This document shows positions 1-12,679 of a stretch of 64,000 nucleotides of DNA, piece after piece. How positions within the stretch are numbered: the stretch's first letter is position 1; every line of letters starts with the position of its first letter. Both the position numbers and the translations under genes were made by a program. The notes under the pieces are model-generated. The model made no database searches. It had not been told where the DNA came from and saw nothing but the letters and a program-made list of their open reading frames with translations. This stretch comes from Octopus sinensis (taxonomy: Eukaryota). The stretch is from assembly GCF_006345805.1 (NCBI RefSeq), contig NC_043003.1, positions 82,274,001 to 82,338,000 on the forward strand. Direction: 5' to 3'.

Positions 1-30
1 ATACCTGCGTAAACACATATTTTAACAAAA

Positions 31-68
31 CTGTCCGACGAACGGGAACGTGAAACTCCGAGTAACAG
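31..68 (+). ncRNA. Minimal type I hammerhead ribozyme, U4C core variant
   Basis: Stem I CTGT(31-34)/ACAG(65-68); core CCGACGA(35-41); stem II ACG-GGAA-CGT; GAAA; stem III ACT-CCG-AGT; GUA triplet with predicted cut after 64. Decayed relatives at about 32789-32827 (-) and 34593-34630 (+). Confidence 0.7.
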
Positions 69-100
69 CTTTTGTTAAGTTTCTGCTGCTTTTAAACAAA

Positions 101-158
<58 letters not shown>

Positions 159-332
159 GCCTTCAAATAGACCTACACATGTGACTACTGCATCGATTTG
201 TAAATATATTTATATATATAGGGCATCCATAAAGCCTCTTTACAATTTCAAGAATTTATTACGAAGGCAAATAAATAGATAAATGTGTGGAAATTTTTAC
301 AAAATGAGATTTTAAATGTTTTGTTTCTTCAT

Positions 333-1122
333 TTAATACATCTCTCTATGGACACCATTAATTGCACGAAGCACACCAAGACGGTAATGAATTTCTAGCC
401 ATGTTCCTTGTAGCATAGCCTTAACAATGGTGGCAATGGCATCAGTGATCCTTTCCTTTAGGCCGTTGATATCTCGTTTTTTCGGTACACGATGTCTTTA
501 GCATAACCGTTTGTTCGATACACGATGTCTTTAGCATAACCCCATAGAAAAAAATCCAGTGATATTCGGGGAATGATATGGCTATGGAATTGGACCATCT
601 CTTCGAATCCCCTGGTCTAGTAGTGTTTAATTTAGGAGCCCACGAGCATGCATTCCCCAATGTGGTGGGGCCCCATCCTCTTTGAAAATGATGGCTGGTT
701 GAAGATCATCCAGTTGTGGGGTCACATAGTCGGTCAAAAGATCAAGGTAAGCATTTTCAGAGCTTGATCACTCTGTGAAGTAAAATGGACCAAGGATTCG
801 ATTGCGCATCATCCTACACCAGACATTCACCTTTTGTCCACGTCGGGCTACTTCCCTAGTCACATGGGAGTGTTCTTCATATTATGTGTGAAATATGAAA
901 GGTTGCTTCATCACTAAAATGAACTCAGGTGAGGAATATTGCATCAACAGAAATTCGTTCCAGCATGTAAACTGCAAACTCATTTCGTCTTGGTTTATCT
1001 TTTTATTCGAGTGCTTGTAAGCGTACAATCAATGTCGAAAGTGGTAGCAGTAGCTGTTTGGTAGCAGTACGTATGAACAATATAGAAGAACTAGCAAAGG
1101 CTTGTCTTATACGATCAATGTT
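333..1122 (-). pseudogene. Mariner/maT-like transposase remnant (stops and frameshifts, N-terminus missing)
   Basis: Minus-strand translation gives ENIDRIRQAF..., VHFSDEATFH, PQLDDLQPAIIFKEDGAPPHW, LDFFLWGYAKDIVY and LKERITDAIATI, matching the DD..D catalytic motifs. Confidence 0.9.
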
Positions 1123-1284
1123 TTCCCCAGATAATGGACGGATTATAACCACTAGGAAGTGGCTGAGTGGGTGACATGTTGAGCCTCTACAGCTCACTAT
1201 AGGTCTTAATGGAATACCACCCTTGTGAATCTAATGTATACCGTACATGTGCGGTAGTTTACTGTAGTGTTGAGTCAGTTGTCT
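1123..1284 (-). pseudogene. Penelope-like reverse transcriptase N-terminal fragment, inverted relative to the adjacent endonuclease
   Basis: KLPHMYG..HKGGIPLRPIVSCRGSTCHPLSHFL matches the PLE RT motif YGLPKIHK..PLRPIVS. Confidence 0.85.
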
Positions 1285-1783
1285 GTAAAAGAGAGGATGG
1301 AACCAATAAATTGTCTAAAGTCTGTCTACCCTATGTAAAAGGCCTCTCCTAAAAGATACAAAAGATATGCGGCCCATATGACATCGGGGCAGTATTTAAG
1401 AGTAATACAACACTTCGCAAATATCTCCTTCGGGTAAAACCACCAATAGAAGAGAATATGACCAAAACCTGCGTGTAGTCCATCCCATTCAACTCTGTTA
1501 GGTTATACAAAGCCGAAACATGCCGCCCCCTCAAAATAAGTGTAGAGGAACATCGCAAAGTTGCGACACGATGAGATATTGATAAAATCGGGGATAGCTG
1601 ATCATGTATGGAACAATGGAGACCCTCCCTGTTAGATGAAGCTAAAATAATAGACAGAGAACACCACTGGAAAATACGAAAACTAAAAGCAGCAGTACAT
1701 ATGCTAGGACACAACCTCCTAAGCAGACCGAATAGCATACGGGAACCGGTATTAAGGAAGGATAGAAAAATATTAAATTTATA
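1285..1783 (+). pseudogene. Penelope-like C-terminal region with GIY-YIG endonuclease remnant
   Basis: VCLPYVKGLS*KIQKIC...VFKSNTTLRKYL...CV*SIPF...LYKAETCRPLKISVEEHRK...GIADHVW...KIIDREHHWKIRKLK is the typical PLE thumb plus GIY-YIG layout, with stops. Confidence 0.9.
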
Positions 1784-1811
1784 AGCCCTAAAATTCACAC
1801 CATAATTGTCC

Positions 1812-2092
1812 ACGGGCATATGGCGTAGTGTTTAAGAGCGTGGTCTACTAACTCCAAGATTCCGAGTCCGATCCCAGGCAGTGACCTGAATAATAATAAT
1901 AACAACAATAATAATAACAACAACAACAACATCGAAAAATACCTTAGGAATGAGAACCCAGGTTCGAAATTTCCCCAAGACACCTTATGAAGCCTGGAGG
2001 GTATAATAACCGAAACGTTGTGTAAACAAAAAACAATATATCCGTCAAATTTAAATAATGTACATAATTCCTCATCTTTTAAATATAGAATT
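1812..2092 (+). mobile_element. tRNA-headed SINE-like module with (AAT/AAC)n spacer and a decayed hammerhead, forming the 3' terminal region of the PLE
   Basis: A-box TGGCGTAGTGT, B-box-like GAGTCCGATCC, then the microsatellite, then ACAC-CTTATGA...GAAAC-GTT-GTGT (1980-2023; core G5 mutated). A second copy of the head and tail is at 46607-48003. Confidence 0.7.
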
Positions 2093-5000
2093 GTATTTTT
2101 GATATTGTAGAAAATTTATGGGCACCTTGTATGTGTGTTTGGGTGCATGCGTGAGCGTGTGTGTCTATACACATACACCCATTAATATCTACGTTTAGTT
2201 ATATACAGACTGATATATGCAAACTACTGAAATAATATAACATCCAATAAACTTAAGACATATTTTAGGTCAAAATTTAAAGCAAAACGATTTTAAAATT
2301 ATAATTGAAGCCTTTTTATGAATACTATTATGAATATTTTTTTATGTTATTGTTTAAATCATTCTTACATATGCATATTTTGATGCAATTAATGTTTGCA
2401 TCTTTGTATAAAGCGAAGTTGCATTTTTCATTCTATTCTAATGTTCTGTTTTTATTTGTTTTCCAGTTAACCCTCTTTATGAAGATCGAGTATAAGCCTT
2501 ATATAATATGGCGACGGTTCCCTATTAAGCTGTTTACATCTCGCCTCTTTACTCTGCTGCTTCGGCGACCATCCATCTACGCAGTTTTCACTTGTGACCT
2601 ACACACTCCAGCCAACTCGTCAGAGGAAGGTAGAAAGAAGAGACATGGAAAATATACAGAGGGAAAGTAGTGTGGAAGAATGGAAAACTATAAAGGAGGG
2701 TTGCACCACAAAATAACATCTATTCAAATTAAGTATATCCTGCAACAGCTGTCCTTATTTTCTTGAACGATAATCTAACCAAAATGGAGAGTTCTGATAC
2801 AAACACAAACATAGGGATCTGATATGAGATTTTTCATCTCAAATTTCCTGCCTTTAGAAAGAAAGAGAATTTTATATGAAAAATGATGGGGAGTGAATAA
2901 TAGCGTAAGAAAGTTCGGTGATTGTGTGTGTCGTTTGGTTGCAAGGGAATAACGAGGAAAACTAGTTTGTTCAATGAACGTAGAATTTAAATTTTTTTTT
3001 TTACTTTTTCTTGGTTTCTTAATATTTTCTTTCTTTTTTTTTTTTCGTTTTCGCTCATTCATTTGATTTTTCATGTTGACAATGGTGGGAGAAAATAAGT
3101 TGCTGGTTTCGCTTAATTTCTTTTTGTTATCTGGTGGTTAACAAAATATGTCAGAACAGCACTTCATTGGACACTGAGTTGATGAGTTTTCTACATCAGA
3201 TAGCACAGGACAACACAAGAGAAATAAAGGTAAAAAAATTGCATAGCGCACAGAAAGGAAATCGATTATTGGATTACAGATAGCGAAGTGCAATCATTAG
3301 AATCGATAAGTAATCAATAGTGTATGTACATGTCTGGTAGCAATACATAATTATAGTATCAGTACTAATTTTTATGCACCATCATTGATAAAAAGGCTTT
3401 TGATATTTTTTCTATCGACATTTCAAATACAAGCTTACACAGATGTATACACGTGTGCAGTTGAAAGCATGAGTTCTGTGGTTTGGCGAGAGATAGTTTA
3501 AACTATCTGCTGGTCCGCGTGGGTATAATGTAAATGAAAGACAAGAGAAATTCTAATATCTGACAATACTGTTCTTCGATTGACGAGATTTGTCTTTGTA
3601 AAAGAAATCTTACAAGAAGTGCTTCGATTGAACAACGATCGATTTATACAAGAAAGGGTATTAATCAAAAGGTATATTGAATCATAAGTCATAATAAATG
3701 TTAGCAATGTATTGGAATAACCCTCTGTAAGCAGCCTATTGTTATTCACCACACGCCATAAAAATAACTAATTTTTTTTTCGATATATGAATTATATTTT
3801 CTAAACCTGTAAAATGCTTGTATTTGGACACAATGCAGGAATGCGTCAATATTTATTTAAACATTTCTTTAGATGTAATACATTTCGTTATTCAATTCCC
3901 AATGATAGGTCAAGCTAAGAGTTTCTAGCATTAACAGCAAGAGTTTCAGTGTTAACATGAAAGTTTGAAACAGAAAACTGAGTTATCTACACACACTTCA
4001 ACCCGAAAATAAATAAACAAATATAATTTAAATATGAACGCAAGACATTTTAATCGGGAGAATTTGTCGGCAAATAATAAGTGCAAAGCGTTCACGAAGT
4101 GGTGTAAGTTAGTTCATCCGCAAGAATAGGAGATATCAGCTGTTTCGTGCAGGGCCCATCATTGCAAAAGTAATATCTATCACACAGTTTATAGAAAAAA
4201 AATACCCAATTTCAACATAGTTTACGAATCTAAAGGAAATATTTCCAGTTCAATTTTTTTTAGATTTCTTTTAACCGGAAATAAATGTATATACTAATTC
4301 AATTCTTAATTAGGATAAAACATTTCTTATGTGTCAATTAATGCAGTAAGAAAATGAATACAATCAACATTTCAAGGATGCTACATAATCAAAATAATAA
4401 ATTTTTTGCGGACGAATTTTAACTACTTCAGTTGTTTTTGGTTTATTTGTATTCAATAAAGTGTTGCATACACACATTTTATACACATTTTGCACACACA
4501 CGCGCATACCCGTATATCTACATATACACTTGCAACACCAGCTCTTTTGGTGGAGATCATACTATATATGTAAAATGTAGGAGATTTACGTTAGCTGTAA
4601 AGTGTAGGAGAGTTACGCAATCGCTATTTCCATTTAATTACGTCACTAGAACATTTGGATAGCTAAAAGCTCCATATTTTCTGATTTCTGTGAAACATGA
4701 TTATATTATCAATTTATATTACGTTCTTGTAATATTAACATTATATTGAATTATTTCAGTAAGTACTTCTAGAAGTCATTCTCTGGTCTCAATTCTTCCC
4801 TGCAACCGCCAAAAAGGCATTTATTCATGAGGAATATTTGCAGCAACCAAATCATAAGTCAGGAGTGGGGTGAGAGCTTCATAGGCACATTTCATTCAAC
4901 AAACACAATAAACAAAGTAACGAAATATATTTAAATACAATGGGCATTAAATGTAATAGGTAATTGATTTCATATTATTGGATAAGTGGCCTGTAAATGT

Positions 5001-5160
5001 AAGGAAAAGCAACGGTAACCTCATCTCAACTGAGAATCGAAATGCTTTCAAGGTATTTAGTCGAGCGTGATGATCTCTCTGCTGTCTAATCGCTTAAGAA
5101 TATGAATATAATTATTGTTGTTGTAATTGTTGATATTATTATTACTACTACTACTACTAC

Positions 5161-5373
5161 TGAGGTCAGCTGGCAGAATCGTTTGCACTCCGGACAAAAC
5201 GCTTATCGGCATTTCGTCCGTCTGTACTTTCTGAGTTCAAATTTCGCCGAGGCCAACTTTGCCTTTCAGCTTTTCGGGATCGATAAAATAAGTACCAGTT
5301 GAGTACTAAGGGTTGAGGCAATCGACTTACACTCTCCCCGAAACTGCTGGTCTTGTGTCAAAATGTGAAACCA
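5161..5373 (+). mobile_element. tRNA-derived SINE (Meta/Sauria-like core)
   Basis: Head AGCTGGCAGAATCG...GAGTTCAAATTTC; core GCCTTTCAGCTTTTCGGGATCGATAAAATAAGTACCAGT shared with many copies in the window; flanked by (ACT)n. Confidence 0.85.
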
Positions 5374-5573
5374 TTACTACTACTACTACTACTACTACTA
5401 CTAATACTAATACTACTACTACTACTGCTACTACTACTTCTCATATGCACTCAACTGATTAGAATGCTAGAAAAGAAAAGAATCCTAACATTGAGCTACA
5501 AGTAGCCTTAGATGCCAAGAACCTTCCTAAGTACTCTATCTGTACCTATTTTTATTATTGTTATTGTTATTGC

Positions 5574-5607
<34 letters not shown>

Positions 5608-5633
5608 GTTATTATTATTATTATTATATCATC

Positions 5634-5820
5634 AAGTGGAGCTGGCAGAGACATTAGCACGCGGGGAAAAGTGCTAAGCGGCATTTCATCCGTCTTCTCA
5701 TTCTGAGTTCAAATTCTGCCAACGTCGATTTTGCCTCTCATCCTTTAGGGGATCAAGAAAAGAAGTACTAGCTGAGCATTGAAGTCGAAATTTTAGGCTT
5801 TGTGCCTATAACAGAAAAGA
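5634..5820 (+). mobile_element. tRNA-derived SINE, same family
   Basis: GAGCTGGCAGAGAC...CTGAGTTCAAATTCTGCC...GCCTCTCATCCTTTAGGGGATC; sits in (ATT)n. Confidence 0.8.
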
Positions 5821-5849
5821 TTATTAATATTTTTATTATTATTATTTTT

Positions 5850-6020
5850 AGTGTTGGATGAAATTCTGTGCCGTACTCTTTCCAACTCTTTACAAGGTGA
5901 TTTCAAATCCTGTCATATTCAACTTTGACATTTTACCGTTTCGGGATCAATAAATAAAGTACAATTCAAATACTAGAGTCAATGGCATCGACTAAATCAC
6001 TTTCTAGAAAATTGGTGGAG
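5850..6020 (+). mobile_element. Highly decayed SINE copy
   Basis: TTCAAATCCTG...AACTTTG...TTTCGGGATCAATAAATAAAGTAC core remnant. Confidence 0.6.
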
Positions 6021-6040
6021 TTTTTTAAAAATATTATTAA

Positions 6041-6076
<36 letters not shown>

Positions 6077-6314
6077 GATTAAATTTTCGTTGTCTATGCA
6101 TACGAGGTAAAGACTATGAAAGCATTCCGGTGGACTAAAGGAAAACAATTGACACGCATATATATATATATATCTGTGTGTGTGTATGTGTGCATAAGCA
6201 CAACACATACATATAGGTATATGAAAACAAAGCGTTTCCCTTTTCTTTACTAGGATATAAGCAGATATATGCGTATTTGCGTAAGTATATGAATATATAA
6301 TATGAATATATATA

Positions 6315-6372
<58 letters not shown>

Positions 6373-6399
6373 GTATATGTATATATATATAATATATAT

Positions 6400-6443
<44 letters not shown>

Positions 6444-6449
6444 CATAAA

Positions 6450-6716
6450 TGAAGGCGCGTGGCTTCATGATTAGGGCATTTGGCTCACGATTGTAAGGTC
6501 GTGAGTTCCATTCCTGGCGAGACATTTAATTTCCGGTTGCTCTAGTCCACTCGGGTGGCAAAAATTAGTTGTACCAGTATTTCAAAGGCCGGCCTTGTCA
6601 CGCTGAATCTCCCTGATAAGTACGTTAGGGGTACATGGGTCTGTCGATTGCTCAATCACTTGCACGTTAATTTCATGCGCAGGCTGGGACTTTCGTCGCA
6701 ACCGACGGAGTGTGCT
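6450..6716 (+). mobile_element. tRNA-derived SINE (second family)
   Basis: Head GAAGGCGCGTGGCTTCATGATTAGGGCATTTGGCTCACGATTGTAAGGTCGTGAGTTCCATTCCTGG; similar heads in reverse orientation at about 26290-26345 and 48570-48640. Confidence 0.8.
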
Positions 6717-6769
6717 CCCCCCCTCTCTCTCTCTCTCTCTCTGCATATATATATATATATATATATATA

Positions 6770-7052
6770 TGGTTCTGTCCCACTGAATGTCACCTTTGGC
6801 AAGGCACTTCTTCTTTAGACTCGACCTGATCCAATACTTGTGAGTGGATTTGGAAAGCAGAAACTGAAAGAAGCCTGTCGTGTACATAAATATATCTACG
6901 TTTGTCTTTGTGTCTGTGTTTGTACCATGTCACCGCTTGACAACCAGTGTGGTATTGTTTCCGTCCTCGAAAATTAGCGCTTCGGCAAAAAGAAGAACAC
7001 ACGTACCAGGCTTTAAATTAGGAAAAGGGCCTATTCACTTGACTAAAAATCG
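6770..7052 (+). mobile_element. SINE body fragment (third family)
   Basis: GGTTCTGTCCCACTG...GGCAAGGCACTTCTTCT...TTGTGAGTGGATTTGG...GAAACTGAAAGAAGCC; reverse copies at 15835-15970 and 60830-60936. Confidence 0.75.
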
Positions 7053-7110
7053 TTTCATGTATGTATTTTGATATAACTATTATCTCTCCTCTATCTACGG
7101 CTCTTATCTC

Positions 7111-7143
<33 letters not shown>

Positions 7144-7393
7144 TATATATATATATGAACAAATCTTTCTTCAGCTGCGTTATACCCTCGGATGCTTTCA
7201 TCGTTGGACTACTATTATGGACACGCCAACTTAACAGTAATATAATGTACAATGTAAGAAATTGGTTTCCAATGCTGTGTCACAAAAGTATACTTAAACG
7301 CATATTATTCAAACGAAACAAATTGACTAAGAAGCGTATTATTGTTCCCATTTATTGCTATCAAATATTTCCTCAGTTTATATTTCCACATAG

Positions 7394-7436
<43 letters not shown>

Positions 7437-9265
7437 TCACCTACTGTAGAGTAAAAAGAAACAATAAACTCACACACACTCGCATACATAGTTATATACA
7501 TATATAATACTATACATTCATATATATATATATACATAGATACATACATACATACGTATAGATATATGTGGATGTAGAGAGATGACAGAATCATTAAGCT
7601 TTAGAAAGTAAATATTTCGATATATCGTTAAGTTTGTTTATTTCGGTACTTATTTTATATGATATGCAGTTAAATAAGACCTAAGTAAATGTCATGACAA
7701 ACAGAATGATATTTAATCAGTTAAAATGGCACGTCTAGTAAGGACTAAAGTTATTAGCATTAATAAATCTTCTCGAAAACTTAAAGGGAGACAACTTGGC
7801 TACTTAAATTGGTTAAAAATTGAATGGGTAAATGCAGTCAGCATTGAGACTGATCTTTAGGATAAACAGTGACATTACTGGATATGATTCAACAAATAAA
7901 ATTACTTCAAATAAATACATGGACCAAATAAACATTTCCTTCTATTTGAACAATTTACTTTGTGCCTAAGCTGTGTATGAAAGACTTTCATTTTTGTGTT
8001 GTATAAACTCATTATTATTTATTGAAGATTATTGCCTTTATTCAAAATTGCGAAACATTTTAAAAATTTCTTTTGCTCTGTGTTATTGTTTTTGTTGTTG
8101 CTGTTGTTGTTGTTGTTGCTGTTGTTGTTGTTGTTGCTGTTGTTGTTACTGATATTTAACCAAAAGACAATGCTGATCGAGCTGTGCAATGGTAAAAACA
8201 AACATTCCAGCCACATCCGGAACTTTGGTGTACTACATTATCTAATATGTCCTGTTTAATATTTTTTTCTTGTATGCTTTATTTTCATTCTAAGTTCATC
8301 AGAATTGTGATATCAACATAAATATATAGTCGATACAGTTACAAATACATTCAAATATTAGAGCAGCTGTTTGTTTCTTGCGTGCAATACACACACACAC
8401 ACACACACACATCCACATTCACACGGACACACAAGCATATATATACATATTCCTATATATACATATATTGGTTTGTGTGTGCGTGTATATATACATACAC
8501 ATACGTACCTACGTATGTGCATGCGCGTGTGACCATATATATAAAGTTTACTAAATTGTTTACTTTTTGACGTTATCTGTGTGTGAACGTGCGCGTGTGT
8601 TCGCGAGCAAGTGTATGCGCATAAATCCATTAGAAGCTAAGTCGCCTTGAATAGTTATTTTACCATTGATGCTTACCAATCTTTGAAACAACTGAATGAA
8701 CTATATGTAAAGTATAAAAAAGAAAAATATTCAGAATCATACAAGAATATTGTAGGTTTACGAATCTAGTCTAATAAGCATTGAGGAAAGGGTTCCTATT
8801 CGAGAACTAATTCTTCCGGCGTACCTGGCTCGGAAGCAAATGGTCCCTGCTTAAATTTAGAGAAGTTATCATGATTTAAATCACTACCAAAACAAAACCG
8901 CTTAAAAATGCATTATGACATTCTTTTTTTCAATTGTTGAAAAAGAAGCAGGAACGTAATTTATCCATGCTTCTATAAATAACAAATGTTGGCGATATTT
9001 CCATGTCCTCCTTTTTGTATGTGTAAAATACATAAAGGCAAGTAAGGTGGGTAATGTTCATCAATTTTAAGCGCTGAACAATATTTCGCTCTTGTGGAGA
9101 CGGAGAGTGTAAGAAAGAAATTCAGCTTGAGTGATTTAGACGACAGCAGTTGAAACTATCACTGGTCAATCACCGCTGTAAATGATCGACTGTTGAAATT
9201 TACATGGTATGCTGTGCTTGCAGTATGTAAAACTAAACATTCCCTTCCTATTGGCAAGCTTTCCG

Positions 9266-9302
<37 letters not shown>

Positions 9303-9460
9303 GAAAGGTTGTCAGTAGCAACTGGATAACGGGATTTGCATTCAGCCACCACAACACTCACACATACATACACACACACATACGAACACACACACAAAAC
9401 ACACGCACATGTATAGTTTTATATGTGTGTGTAAATATATACATTTATATGTTAGATATC

Positions 9461-9521
<61 letters not shown>

Positions 9522-9540
9522 TATGTATGTTGTATGTATA

Positions 9541-9684
9541 TATAATCAAAATAAGCAACAAGAGATCTTCGGTATTTTGGTACGATCGTTTCACGCTATA
9601 TCATTTTACAATGTTTAATAAAATGTGTAGCGTGAAACGATCGTACCAATTACTGAAGATATTCTTGTGCTTATTTTGATTATA
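9541..9684. repeat. Diverged fold-back inverted repeat carrying the 3' half of a hammerhead (GAAAC-GATC-GTA) in each arm
   Basis: TATAATCAAAATAAGCAACAAGAGATCTTCGGTA..TTGGTACGATCGTTTCACGCTA pairs with TAGCGTGAAACGATCGTACCAA..TACTGAAGATATTCTTGTGCTTATTTTGATTATA. Confidence 0.85.
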
Positions 9685-9855
9685 ATCAACCCCATGGATT
9701 TATATGGATAACAACCGTACAAAATTCTGGTGCATCTGACTTAAGTACTATATTCATTTGAATCTAAATTTTGCTGTATGTGTAATATATATATATATTA
9801 TAATAAATAAATATATATATAATATATATATAATATATATATCTATAATATATGC

Positions 9856-9887
<32 letters not shown>

Positions 9888-10712
9888 ATGTAACTCAAAA
9901 CTATTTAATTCGATGTTCAACAACTGAAAAAACTTAATAAAAGCATCTAAATATAAAACATCATAAAACATTTTCAAACTGAAGTCCTTCTAGAGTTATA
10001 CATTACTCCATTCGAGTTAATACAGAATTACAGACAATATTTATAGAATTTTGATTTACTCTCGGGCCAAACCTGTATAGCTATACATATATGTATGTAC
10101 ATATAATCATATATATATACATATATATATATATAGATATATATATATACAGTTTATATGAGTATTATATATATGCATTATATATGCGTGTGTATATATA
10201 TATATTTACATATATATTGTATATATGATATGTATATTATATGTATGTAATATGCATATAAGTATATATATATATATATATATAAATATATATATGTGTG
10301 TGTGTGTATGTATATGCAAAACAGAACAAAAGATGGAACAGGAACGCAACAGGCGACAACAAACATCAAACAGTTAGACGATGCACAAAAGGACATGAAA
10401 AAACAAGGACGGGTCATTCGGAGATCGCTATACTCAGTGGAGTTTCAGATCATCTTAGCTGTTTTCGGTTGCACAAGAATCTGCTCCAATCTGGCCGACC
10501 CAGATCTTGGAAAATAGCAAGCGAATGCATACGAAAACAAGGGCGATATATATATATATATAGTATATATATATACAACTACCTCGAACACACAAGTGGA
10601 ACAAGGGAGTCAGAGAAAGCAGAATGCCACTTAAAATCTGAACACTACTATAGAAATATTCTTTTAAAAAAACTTTTCCTCTAATTTTCTAAATTTAATT
10701 ATTTAATCGTGA

Positions 10713-10749
10713 CAGTTGAAAGGTCTCAAAAATAACGAAACCGGTACTG
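10713..10749 (+). ncRNA. Decayed minimal hammerhead-like motif (GAAAC-CG-GTA family)
   Basis: CAG-TTGAAAG...GAAACCGGTA-CTG; the downstream ATAAAATTATTTTAGCATTTTCTA is shared with the reverse copy at 25372-25456. Confidence 0.4.
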
Positions 10750-10845
10750 AAATGTTCACTATAAAATTATTTTAGCATTTTCTATTTTTGACTTGTTTTT
10801 TCATATATATATATATATATATGGACATGCATGTGTGTATATATG

Positions 10846-10877
<32 letters not shown>

Positions 10878-10881
10878 ATAT

Positions 10882-10924
<43 letters not shown>

Positions 10925-10984
10925 GGACATGCATGTGTGTATATATGTTTACATATATATTATATTATATATATATATATATGT

Positions 10985-11040
<56 letters not shown>

Positions 11041-11139
11041 GGTTATTCCAAACAAGAAAACACAAAAAAGAACGAAAAAACACAACGCGAGGACGTGGAA
11101 CAAAATAAGTATTATGGACGCTCAGGAAAGAAGGGAAGA
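11041..11139. repeat. Interspersed repeat fragment embedded in (TA)n
   Basis: Reverse-complement match to 61675-61766; also resembles the tail of the 13363-13470 / 56987-57155 family (CGCTCAGGAA). Confidence 0.7.
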
Positions 11140-11166
11140 CACACACATATATATATACACACACAC

Positions 11167-11215
<49 letters not shown>

Positions 11216-12679
11216 CGTATATATTTATGTATGTGTATATTTATGTATATATATATATGTGTGTATATGTATATATATGTATATATACGTATATATTTAT
11301 ATGTATATATATGTATGTTTATATATATGAATATATATATTTATGCATATACATATATAAATTTATGCCTATATGTATACATATAGGCATATATATAAAT
11401 ATATTTATATTATCAATAATAACAAAGGGTAAAATTAATTAATTAATAATAACAAAGGGTAAAATAATAACAATATATTTATATATACACACACTCACGC
11501 AAACACACGTATGATATACCTGTACACTGTTATATAACGTACAATGAGGTGAAAATCAGACATCATACTGCCGCTGTCCAGAGTTCAAATGCCCACAGTC
11601 CCTTAGTATCACACCTGAGAATCTAATTCAACTATTTTATAGAAGACCCAACATCACGGCAGATGCAGTGGCTTCGAAATATTATGTTTATTAATACTTA
11701 AGTATTTCTTAAGCATTACTAATTATACGAGATGAGTTTCTTTATTGTATGAGATACTTTTATGAGCGCTATTAGCATACCTATTGAGAGTATCAGTTTG
11801 TATACCGGCTAGCAGATCAGATGGAGAGCATTGTCGGAAAGGGATAAATTAAGCAGACATTTGAAAGGCAAGTACATTTGCCAAATCTGCATATCTCTGC
11901 TTTGCAACATATTCGGAAGTGGTCCTACAGCCCCTATATGTTATTAAGTACTCTGAATTCACGATATTCTCTGCACTTACTCTCAAACTATTTTTTCACA
12001 ATTACATTTTTTTCTCTAGCCTCTTATAGCTTATTGGGCTTTTCCACACTTAATATGTCTTTTTCTTTTTTGAATTCTTGAGGCAGTCACAATGTCCTCC
12101 TTCAGCTAACCATACGTTACTTGTTTTGGCAATCCAGTTTTTTCAATGCGTAATATGAGACAAGGCCATCAAAGACGTTTTTTTTCTTTCTATATGATCA
12201 TAGGCTCTAAACTTTACAAATTTTCTTACTGGACCAGTTTTTGGTATCTGTCCAAATAACGTCTGAGTCACATCGTCACTCTGATTATTAAACTAAACTC
12301 TTCACATACTAAAGAGATGCAGTCAGCAATGGATATCAGCTTCGGTGTCACAGAGCAGACGTCAGTCATGTGCACATAGTAGTCACGAATGTGAATGATG
12401 AATTTCTTTCATGAGACAAGTAATAAACAGATTTTTGAATGTTCGCATATTGTACGATATCTGAAGTAAATATCAGTACCGTAGTGTTATCAGCAAATGA
12501 TTCTTATATATCAAAGTTAAATATGGCAAAAACATTGACAGGCCATCGTGGGTTTTGTTTTCTTTAGCAGACATTGCTTCCAGCAGTTCACTTTTAAAGC
12601 AAACACTACATTTGCAACCGGTGGGTAGTGTTTCAAATTCCACAATTTAAAGAGTATGCTCACCCCACCTTATATATAT

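Larger units (their letters stand above)
219..2129 (-). mobile_element. Decayed Tc1/mariner-superfamily DNA transposon (DDxD type) interrupted by a Penelope-like insertion
   Basis: Imperfect TIRs TAGGGCATCCATAAAGCCTCTTTACAA (219-245) and TTGTAGAAAATTTATGGGCACCTTG (2105-2129), each flanked by TA; transposase motifs on the minus strand. Confidence 0.8.

Noticed and set aside
2545-2630. Minus-strand CTGACGA...GAAG...GTA as a hammerhead
   Set aside because: GAAA is mutated and stems I and III do not pair; possibly a very decayed copy but not supportable.
3545-3720. Possible RT remnant
   Set aside because: Resemblance too faint; no diagnostic motif survives.
11530-12600. Possible very old LINE (minus-strand FADNTT near 12480-12500)
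   Set aside because: Only a single weak motif is recognisable; family and boundaries cannot be set.
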